A stretch of DNA of 54,083 nt, from positions 1-54,083 of the forward strand of contig QWOO01000029.1 of NCBI GenBank assembly GCA_003669615.1. Direction: 5' to 3'. The translations under genes were made by a program, and so were the position numbers. How positions within the stretch are numbered: position 1 is the stretch's first letter; each line of letters begins with the position of its first letter. Below are positions 37,424 through 44,720 of this stretch, piece by piece. The notes beneath the pieces were generated by a model. It made no database searches, was not told the DNA's origin, and saw nothing but the letters and a program-made list of their open reading frames with translations. The DNA comes from Planctomycetota bacterium (lineage in GTDB: Bacteria > Planctomycetota > Planctomycetia > Planctomycetales > Planctomycetaceae).

Positions 37424-39628
37424 GTGTCACGTCGATCTGCCAGATTTCTGATTGCCTTCGCTCTTTTGGCATTCAGCCTTTCGCCAGCGTGCAAACTGCG
37501 CGCGGAAGAGCCGGCGATCGTGGACTTTGAAAACGATCTGCAGCCCATTTTTACTCGGTTCGGCTGCAACAGCGGGCCGTGTCATGGCAAGGCACGAGGG
37601 CAGGGTGGCTTCCAGCTTTCACTGCTCGGTTTTGACGGGCAGCAGGACTATGACGCGATTGCCAAGGAAGGTCGCGGTCGCCGCGTATTCCCAGGGGCTC
37701 CCGAAAACAGTCTGCTCATTGCCAAGCCCGCCGGGAAGACTCCGCATGGCGGAGGCAAGCGGCTGGACGTGGACAGCCCCGAGTATCAGACGCTGCTGAA
37801 CTGGGTGCGTCAGGGGATGCCTCGAAAAGCGCCCAGCGCTGCGACACTGCAGTCCATCACCGTCTCGCCTCCTTCTTTGATATTGGCTGCGAGCCAGACT
37901 CAAGCGTTGACCGTCACGGCGAAGTACTCGGACGGAGCCGAGCGCGATGTCACGCGACTCACCGCATTTCAGTCCAACGAAGCGCCGATTGCGGCTGTCA
38001 ATGAGAACGGACTTGTGACCGCCGGGCAGATCACCGGTGATGCGGCCATCATGGCGCGGTTCATGGGCCAGATCGCCGTTTGTGACGTGATGATCCCACG
38101 GCCGGAAGTGATCCCCGCGGAAGTTTATGCTCAGCTGCCGCGAAACAACTTCATCGACGAATTGGTCTGGCAGAAGCTTCAGCGTCTGAATATCACGCCA
38201 TCACCGGTTTGCGATGATCACACCTTCCTGCGACGAGCCACCACGGACATCAGCGGTCGCATTCCAACACTGGAAGAAGTCAACGCGTTTCTGGCAGACA
38301 CATCTGCCGACAAACGCTCAAAGCTGATCGACCGCCTGCTTGAGGAACCCGAGTTCGCCGATCACTGGGCCAATAAATGGGCCGACCTTCTGCGACCGAA
38401 CCCGTACCACGTGGGAATCAAAGCCACCTTCAATTATGACCACTGGATTCGCCAGTCGTTCCATGATCGCAAGCCGTGGGACCAGTTTGTTCGCGAACTT
38501 CTGACGGCTCGCGGGGGCACGTTTCGAGATGGCTCGGTGGTGATGTTTCGCGATCGTCGCCAGCCTGAAGAACTAACGACGCTTGTCAGCCAGCTCTTCA
38601 TTGGAGTTCGCCTCGACTGTGCAAAGTGCCATCATCATCCGTTTGAGGTTTGGGGGCAGGACGACTTCTACAGCTTCGCGGCCTACTTCTCAAAGATTGG
38701 TCGCAAGGGCACAGGCATCTCAGCGCCGATTTCAGGTTCGGAAGAGTTTGTCTTCACGGGGACCAGCGGAAGTGTGACGCATCCGGTGACCGGCGCGACG
38801 ATGACGCCACGGCCTCTGTTTGGTGAAGCTCCTCCTGTTGTGGAAGGCCAGGACCAGCGAGAATCGCTCGCCGCCTGGATCACGTCCCCCAACAATCATT
38901 TGTTTGCGCAGGTGATGTCCAATCGAGTCTGGGCTGATCTGTTGGCTCGCGGTTTTGTGGAACCCGTGGACGATCTGCGAGCTACCAATCCACCGACCAA
39001 TGGACCGCTGTTGAAGGCGCTGGGCGAGCACTTCAGAGACTCCGGTTTTTCCATTACTGAACTGATTCGGGTCGTCGCGAATTCGCATGTTTATCAGTTG
39101 AGTTCGCTTCCGAATGAAACCAACGCGGCCGACACTCGCAACTATTCGCGTCATTACCGTCATCGGTTGCGAGCCGAAGTGTTGCTGGATGCCGTGTCAC
39201 TGGTGACAGGTGTTCCGCAGGAATTTGATGCGATGCCGCCGGACTCGTCGGCCAAGCAGTTGTGGACTCATCGATCGGATTCGTTGTTCCTCGACACTTT
39301 TGGTCGTCCGGATCCGAATCAGGATCCGCCGTGTGAACGTATGAGTGACTCAACGGTTGTGCAGAGTCTGCACCTGATGAATTCCGAAAAACTGTATCGC
39401 GACATTGGCAGTGACAACGGGACCGCGAAATCTCTCGCTGACAGTGAAAAGAGTGCAGAAGAAATTTCCGCCGAGTTGTATGCTCGGGTGTTCGGTCGCA
39501 AGCCGACTGTCGAGGAAACGGCGCTGGTGACAGAATTGTTGGCTGCTGAAGGAGCCGTGCGACGGCAGGTCATCGAGGATCTGATGTGGGCCATGGTGAA
39601 TTCAGCCGAGTTTGTCTTTCAGGATTAA
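37424..39628 (+). CDS. DUF1549/DUF1553 (PSCyt2/PSD1) protein with an Ig-like (Big_2) insert
   Basis: Signal peptide; FTRFGCNSGPCHGKARGQGGFQLSLLGF; FIDELVWQKL (DUF1549); CAKCHHHPFEVWGQDDFY (DUF1553 CxxCH). Confidence 0.9.
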   Translation: MSRRSARFLIAFALLAFSLSPACKLRAEEPAIVDFENDLQPIFTRFGCNSGPCHGKARGQGGFQLSLLGFDGQQDYDAIAKEGRGRRVFPGAPENSLLIAKPAGKTPHGGGKRLDVDSPEYQTLLNWVRQGMPRKAPSAATLQSITVSPPSLILAASQTQALTVTAKYSDGAERDVTRLTAFQSNEAPIAAVNENGLVTAGQITGDAAIMARFMGQIAVCDVMIPRPEVIPAEVYAQLPRNNFIDELVWQKLQRLNITPSPVCDDHTFLRRATTDISGRIPTLEEVNAFLADTSADKRSKLIDRLLEEPEFADHWANKWADLLRPNPYHVGIKATFNYDHWIRQSFHDRKPWDQFVRELLTARGGTFRDGSVVMFRDRRQPEELTTLVSQLFIGVRLDCAKCHHHPFEVWGQDDFYSFAAYFSKIGRKGTGISAPISGSEEFVFTGTSGSVTHPVTGATMTPRPLFGEAPPVVEGQDQRESLAAWITSPNNHLFAQVMSNRVWADLLARGFVEPVDDLRATNPPTNGPLLKALGEHFRDSGFSITELIRVVANSHVYQLSSLPNETNAADTRNYSRHYRHRLRAEVLLDAVSLVTGVPQEFDAMPPDSSAKQLWTHRSDSLFLDTFGRPDPNQDPPCERMSDSTVVQSLHLMNSEKLYRDIGSDNGTAKSLADSEKSAEEISAELYARVFGRKPTVEETALVTELLAAEGAVRRQVIEDLMWAMVNSAEFVFQD

Positions 39629-39633
39629 CCAAT

Positions 39634-39842
39634 GTCGTTGTTCGCTCCGCGAACAAAACGGGTGTTTGAGTGATGCTTGATTCAGGTGATCATCTGCAAA
39701 TCGAGAAAAGTGTTTGTTGGTGAATGAGTCTCTGGATTCGCAGGAATTCGGAAAAGGTAGAAATAGGATTCCGCAATGGGGCGGAGTAGTTGGGGTGTGG
39801 TGGTTTTCCACAATCCGTTTTGTTCGCGGAGCGAACAACGAC
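39634..39842. repeat. REPIN/MITE-like element: two 28-bp perfect inverted arms, each itself a hairpin, flanking about 153 bp
   Basis: GTCGTTGTTCGCTCCGCGAACAAAACGG at 39634-39661 and its exact reverse complement at 39815-39842. Each arm contains the stem TTGTTCGC-tcc-GCGAACAA. The element fills the spacer between the DUF1553 and DUF1501 genes. Confidence 0.7.
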
Positions 39843-39874
39843 TATGTTGGATTGATTGTTTCAAGGGGTGAGTC

Positions 39875-41218
39875 ATGAGCAACCGAAAACGATGTGACGG
39901 CTTCACGCGGCGTGATACGCTGCAACTGGGCCTCGGCGGCTTCCTGGGCGCGGGATTCGTGGAAAGCCTGAAGGCTCGTGCGGAGAGCCAGCATGGCGGA
40001 TCTGTTCCCGCTGGCAAGGCGAAAAGCTGTATTCTGATCTGGATGGATGGCGGACCGACTCACTTCGAAACGTTCGATCCAAAGCCTGATGCTCCGATGG
40101 AGTTCCGCGGCGAGTTTTCGTCGATTGAAACGTCTGTTCCGGGCGTTGGATATTCGGAGCACATGGTCAAGCTGGCCGCCAGCCTGAACGATTATGCGAT
40201 GATCCGTTCGATCCGCCATGATCAGGGCAATCACGGGGCCGGCAACCATTACATGATGACTGGATCTCCTCCGCGAATTCCGGTGGGATGCGGAGCGTTC
40301 GTCAGCTTCCATCCAAGTATGGGTTCCGTGGTCGCTCGTGAACTGGGACGCGATAACGGTCTGCCGTCTTACTTCAGCATGCCTCAGATGTCGCGGTCTG
40401 GTGGCCCCAATTTTCTCGGGGCCAAATATGCACCGTTCGTGGTCGGCGATGACCCGAACAACGCACAATTCAAAGTGCGTGATGTGGCACTGCCTCGCGA
40501 CCTGACGGACATGCGGTTTGGAAGTCGAACCGACCTGCGATCCAAGATTGATCGTATGGTCCGCATCAGTGACGAAGCGGCTGGTGACCCAGTGCTGGCA
40601 TTTGATGAATACTTCCAGCAGGGACACACTCTGGTGACATCACCAGAAGCTCAGAAAGCGTTTGATATCAGCCTCGAATCGCCTGAAACTCGTGAGCGAT
40701 ATGGACGTGACAGCTTCGGACAGCGCTGTCTGCTGTCTCGTCGTCTTGTCGAAGCGGGAGTTCCGTTTATCACGGTTTATGACGGTGGCTGGGATCATCA
40801 CAGCGATATCTTTGGTTCACTCCGCAAGCGATTGCCGGCGTGGGACAATTCCGTGGCCACGCTGATTCAGGATCTGAAAGAACGAGGGCTGCTGGATTCA
40901 ACATTGGTCGTGGCACTTGGCGAATTCGGTCGTACGCCGAAGATTTCAACGCTCGCCGGTTCGACCACCGGTGGTCGCGATCACTGGGCTAATGCCATGT
41001 CGGTGCTGATGGCTGGCGGTGGAACTCCGGGCGGCACGGTTGTCGGAGCGACCGATCGCAAAGGGTTCTCCGCGGTTGATCGAGTGCTCTCACCGGAGAA
41101 CTTCGTGTCGACGGTTTATCACAAACTGGGCATCGACCCGAACAAGATTCTGTACAGCCCACAGGGTCGTCCGTCGCATCTTGTCAGCGATCCCACACCG
41201 ATTACGGAACTGATTTAA
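39875..41218 (+). CDS. DUF1501 (sulfatase/alkaline-phosphatase-like) protein with a Tat signal
   Basis: FTRRDTLQLGLGGFLGAG Tat leader, ILIWMDGGPTHFETFDPKP and GEFGRTP...GRDHW. Confidence 0.9.
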   Translation: MSNRKRCDGFTRRDTLQLGLGGFLGAGFVESLKARAESQHGGSVPAGKAKSCILIWMDGGPTHFETFDPKPDAPMEFRGEFSSIETSVPGVGYSEHMVKLAASLNDYAMIRSIRHDQGNHGAGNHYMMTGSPPRIPVGCGAFVSFHPSMGSVVARELGRDNGLPSYFSMPQMSRSGGPNFLGAKYAPFVVGDDPNNAQFKVRDVALPRDLTDMRFGSRTDLRSKIDRMVRISDEAAGDPVLAFDEYFQQGHTLVTSPEAQKAFDISLESPETRERYGRDSFGQRCLLSRRLVEAGVPFITVYDGGWDHHSDIFGSLRKRLPAWDNSVATLIQDLKERGLLDSTLVVALGEFGRTPKISTLAGSTTGGRDHWANAMSVLMAGGGTPGGTVVGATDRKGFSAVDRVLSPENFVSTVYHKLGIDPNKILYSPQGRPSHLVSDPTPITELI

Positions 41219-41251
41219 TCGGTCCTGTAATTTTCACGCCGCCTTGTTGGC

Positions 41252-41320
41252 GATTTGAAATTTGAGATCTGAGATTTCAAATTTGAGACGAGGCGACAAC
41301 AGACCTGAGATCTGAAATCC
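41252..41320. repeat. Degenerate TGAGATYTSAAAT-type tandem / imperfect palindromic low-complexity repeat
   Basis: GATTTGAAATTTGAGATCTGAGATTTCAAATTTGAGACG ... CTGAGATCTGAAATCCAAGACG lies in the 110-bp spacer before the PPC-domain gene. Confidence 0.4.
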
Positions 41321-41328
41321 AAGACGCC

Positions 41329-42993
41329 ATGACTTCCCGAACGGTTCAACTGCAAACGGCTCTTCTGACTTGTCTCGCGTTTTGCAGTTCGGCAGAGGCG
41401 GGTGAGCCGCCGGCGATTGATCGACTGAATCCGCCAGGCGGTCAGCGGGGAACATCGTTTGAAGTGAAGATCGTCGGCAAGGCGGGAGACGGCGATCTCA
41501 AAGTGATTTCGGAAGCGGATTCCATCGCCCTTGTGCTGGGCGAAAAACGAGACACCGCCACTATCACGATTGCCCCGACCGCTCGGGCTGGGATTCACTG
41601 GCTTCGCTTTGCAAATCCTGGCGGAGCGACCGAATTAAAACCGTTCGTTGTCGGGCTGATTCCCGAAGCGGCGGAGGTCGAACCCAACGACAAAATTGCA
41701 AATGCTCAACAGGCGGCATTGCCCTCAGTGACCGTCAACGGCGTGCTTGAAAAATCAAGAGACGTGGATACTTACGCCGTGCAGCTGACCAAAGGTCAGA
41801 CACTGGTGGCCACCTTGCTGGCCAATCAGATTCTTGGATCACCGATGGATGCCGTGCTGCAGGTGTCTAATGCACGGGGCACAGTTGTCGCGCAGAATAA
41901 TGACGACACGGATCTCGACCCGCGACTGGTGTTTACGGCGCCCTCGGACGGAACGTGGTTCGTACGTGCGTTTGCATTTTCTTCCGCACCAAACAGCACA
42001 ATCCAGTTTGCCGGAGCGGCCGACTATGTGTATCGGCTGACGCTGAGCACCGGCCCGATGGTCGAGCACACATCTCCTGTTGTGAAGTTCGCGGAAGACG
42101 CCGAGACAAGTCTCAGTCTGCACGGGTGGAACCTCGCGGCCACTGCGACGACGCTCGCAAAGGAAGTTAAGACGCTGGAAGAAGGCCTTGCCTTGCCCCT
42201 CGCCATCGACACAAGTGACGTCCCTGTCGTTCTGGAGGCTCAGCTCTCACCGGAGAAACTGCTGACATTGCCCGTCGCGGTCAGCGGGCTCATTTCTCCC
42301 GAAGGCACTGACACCTATCTGCTGAATGCCGTGAATGGACAGCAGCTCAGTCTGTCTGTGCGGGCGCGAATTTACGGATCGCAACTTGATCCAGTGCTGG
42401 CGATTCAGGATAAGGACGGCAAACAGCTCAAAGAAGCCGATGACATCAATGGCGAAAACGCGGATGCGGAGCTGCAGTTCGCGATTCCTGCAGACGGCCA
42501 GTACCGCATTACTGTGAATGATCGCTATCAGCATGTCAGCGAGCGATTCTTCTATGTGCTTCGCTGCGAGGAGACTCGTGCGTCCTTCGAAGCGACGCTC
42601 AAGAATACTGCGTTCACTGTTCCGGCTGACAAGCCGCTGGAGATTCCTGTCACCATTGAACGAAAGAATGGGTTTGTTGAGCCCATCGACTTTCGCGTGG
42701 AAGGATTGCCGGAAGGCGTCACGGCCGAGTGTCCTCGTTCAGAGAAGGACGGCGATTCATCGACGGCGGTGACGATCAAGCTGTCGGGCGTGGCGAAGCA
42801 GACGTTTCAGGGAACGATCAAAATCGTTGCCGAGTCGGCTGATTCAAAGCTGCTGCGACTGGGTTCACTGACGACAGCCGATCGAAAGCCCATCAGCGCA
42901 CTCTGGCTGACAGCGATTGCACCTGAAGCCCCGGCACCACCGGCTGAGCCCGCTGCTGCTGAAGCGACTACGCCGGAAGTCCCGAAACCGTAG
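41329..42993 (+). CDS. Secreted protein with two pre-peptidase C-terminal (PPC)-like domains
   Basis: Signal peptide (..CLAFCSSAEA). EVEPNDKIANAQ...VDTYAVQLTKGQTLVATL...DAVLQVSNARG, and a second copy GTDTYLLNAVNGQQLSLSV...DPVLAIQDKDG. Confidence 0.75.
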   Translation: MTSRTVQLQTALLTCLAFCSSAEAGEPPAIDRLNPPGGQRGTSFEVKIVGKAGDGDLKVISEADSIALVLGEKRDTATITIAPTARAGIHWLRFANPGGATELKPFVVGLIPEAAEVEPNDKIANAQQAALPSVTVNGVLEKSRDVDTYAVQLTKGQTLVATLLANQILGSPMDAVLQVSNARGTVVAQNNDDTDLDPRLVFTAPSDGTWFVRAFAFSSAPNSTIQFAGAADYVYRLTLSTGPMVEHTSPVVKFAEDAETSLSLHGWNLAATATTLAKEVKTLEEGLALPLAIDTSDVPVVLEAQLSPEKLLTLPVAVSGLISPEGTDTYLLNAVNGQQLSLSVRARIYGSQLDPVLAIQDKDGKQLKEADDINGENADAELQFAIPADGQYRITVNDRYQHVSERFFYVLRCEETRASFEATLKNTAFTVPADKPLEIPVTIERKNGFVEPIDFRVEGLPEGVTAECPRSEKDGDSSTAVTIKLSGVAKQTFQGTIKIVAESADSKLLRLGSLTTADRKPISALWLTAIAPEAPAPPAEPAAAEATTPEVPKP

Positions 42994-43029
42994 TTTTGAA
43001 GTTGCGAGTTTGCGACCATCCCAACCCGT

Positions 43030-43093
43030 AGCGTCAGCGAGGGATTGCGATTTTGCGTTTCGGCAGTGTTTCTAAAAATCCCTCGCTGACGCT
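43030..43093. repeat. Long-stem extragenic hairpin (17-bp perfect inverted repeat, 30-nt loop)
   Basis: AGCGTCAGCGAGGGATT (43030-43046) and AATCCCTCGCTGACGCT (43077-43093). The left arm is preceded by GTAG-containing CCCGTAGCG. Confidence 0.6.
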
Positions 43094-43103
43094 GACTGCA
43101 CGT

Positions 43104-43664
43104 GACACGTTTCAGATTATCAACTTCAATTCCACGTCTTCGCAGCTTGGCACGGAGCCTGTGCTTGCCACTCCGGAAAATATCCAGCGAGGGCTGACGT
43201 ATCTTGCGTCGCTGGATGGAAGTGGTGAAACAGAAATGATTCGCGGGCTACAGGCAGCTCTGGACTTCCCGCATGATGAAGGCCGCTATCGTTTGGTGTC
43301 CTTCATGACAGACGGCTACATCGGCGATGATGCGGATATTCTGCACGCGGTGGCTCAGAAGGTCGGAGATTCACGAATCTTCAGTTTTGGAGTTAGCCAG
43401 TCGCCAAATCGCTATCTGATGGATCGTATGGGCTCGTCTGAAGATTGCCGACCTGGTTGCTCAGGTGTCACGCACGCCCGATCAGGCGGGCGAACTTCAG
43501 CATACCGTTCTTCAGACGGCTCTTGATTACAGCCTGATGAGTGCCTTCACGGCCTTCGTGGCGGTCGATTCGATGACGAAGACCGAAGGGGATTTGGGAC
43601 TACGGTGGCTGTGCCTGTCCCGGTTCCGGAAGGCGTGCGATACGACACGGCGGTTGAAAATTGA
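43104..43664 (+). pseudogene. 5'-truncated, twice frame-shifted remnant of a von Willebrand factor A (VIT/VWA-type) protein gene
   Basis: It begins mid-domain (DTFQIINFNS...GSGETEMIRGLQAAL...RLVSFMTDGYIGDD...RIFSFGVSQSPNRYLMDRM). It continues in the +1 frame (ARLKIADLVAQVSRTPDQAGELQHTVLQTALDYSLMSAFTAFVAVDSMTKTEG). It then returns to the first frame (GFGTTVAVPVPVPEGVRYDTAVEN-stop at 43662-43664). The MIDAS strand and everything N-terminal to it are absent. Confidence 0.7.
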
Positions 43665-43755
43665 GGTGCCGTCCGGGACAGTGACTTTCTGAGTTTTTCT
43701 TAGCGCTGTCCCGGATTCATGTTCCGCTGTGAGCGATGTTCTCAGTGACCGAGGA

Positions 43756-44400
43756 CTACCCCAAAGTCTTCCCGACTCGATGTCCGGTGAGGGCATTCAC
43801 TTCCTGAGCCTGGCCCCAGCGGTACATGATAAATCCCAGCACCACTCCGAATGCCGCAGACGAAAGAACTGCAGCGGCGCTGTGTGTGAATGAAGAATTT
43901 TCCGCCGCTGCCTGAGTTGTCAGAACGAGTCCCACGGTGCTGATCACCAGACCGACCGCGTCAGACAGGATTTCTCGCAGATTCAAACTGCCGCGGAACA
44001 GCAGAGCCAGTTTTCCAAGTACAAGCTGCAGTGTAAAGCTGACAACTCCTGCCGACATGAATCCGAATGCCAGCCAGTGGAAGGCCGAAAAATTCAGGGA
44101 CTCGGCCAGTTTATAAATCGGTCCCAGGATGCCCTCTGCTGCTTTTTGAGCTGTTGGGTTCTGGTCCACCTGTTCGGCGATTTCTTCCACTTTGGTCTGA
44201 GCATCCGAGGCCAGATCTTTGGCCTTGTCGGCAGTGTCCTTTTCAAGAGTTTCGACTGGTGGTGTTTCGTCCGTGGCCGGTTGGTCTTCAGCCGCAGTTA
44301 CGGGAGTGTTTCCGGACGTCGTGGGACTGTCTTCCTGAGCAAAACCGGCTGGAGCTGTTAGAAAGAGGGAAGCGACGATTGATAACAGCAGTGTTTTCAT
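43756..44400 (-). CDS. Hypothetical secreted/membrane protein
   Basis: Signal peptide MKTLLLSIVASLFLTAPAGFA, an acidic Pro/Thr-rich region, then 3-4 hydrophobic helices. Confidence 0.7.
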   Translation of the reverse strand: MKTLLLSIVASLFLTAPAGFAQEDSPTTSGNTPVTAAEDQPATDETPPVETLEKDTADKAKDLASDAQTKVEEIAEQVDQNPTAQKAAEGILGPIYKLAESLNFSAFHWLAFGFMSAGVVSFTLQLVLGKLALLFRGSLNLREILSDAVGLVISTVGLVLTTQAAAENSSFTHSAAAVLSSAAFGVVLGFIMYRWGQAQEVNALTGHRVGKTLG

Positions 44401-44427
44401 AGGACTTCTCCAGTAGGCAAATTTGGG

Positions 44428-44464
44428 GCACGATCAATCATGGCTTGCCATGAAGCACGATCAA
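44428..44464. promoter_or_regulatory. Direct repeat - palindrome - direct repeat motif; candidate operator
   Basis: GCACGATCAA (44428-44437), TCATGGCttGCCATGA (44438-44453), A, GCACGATCAA (44455-44464). It lies 28-64 bp upstream of the minus-strand start at 44400. Confidence 0.3.
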
Positions 44465-44561
44465 CGTGGAAACCCAAAGATCGGATCAAAGTTTCTGAAA
44501 ACACCCGGGCGATGTTTTTTTCGCGCACGGTGCACTGTCACACCCGTATTGTCCGCGGAGC

Positions 44562-44720
44562 CATAGTCGTTGTTTGCTCCGCAAACAAAACGGATTGGAC
44601 AATCGCAGTGTCCATTTCGACAGCAGCGTCGTTTCAGACGGCATTAGAGTGAACACAATTTTTCCGCGGGCATGGTGCGCTCTTGCACCCGTTCTGTTTG
44701 CGGAGCAAACAACGACTATG
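44562..44720. repeat. Second REPIN/MITE-like element of the same family, in the opposite orientation
   Basis: CATAGTCGTTGTTTGCTCCGCAAACAAAACGG at 44562-44593 and a near-exact reverse complement (one mismatch) at 44689-44720. The arm hairpin is TTGTTTGC-tcc-GCAAACAA. The right end supplies the TAG stop (44716-44718) of the enolase-family gene. Confidence 0.7.

Noticed and set aside
43053-43526. Tracked 157-aa ORF starting with TTG inside the hairpin loop, taken as an intact gene
   Set aside because: Its first 17 residues are translated repeat sequence and its last ~30 residues are out-of-frame read-through. Only the middle part matches a VWA domain, so it was re-interpreted as part of the truncated, frame-shifted remnant.
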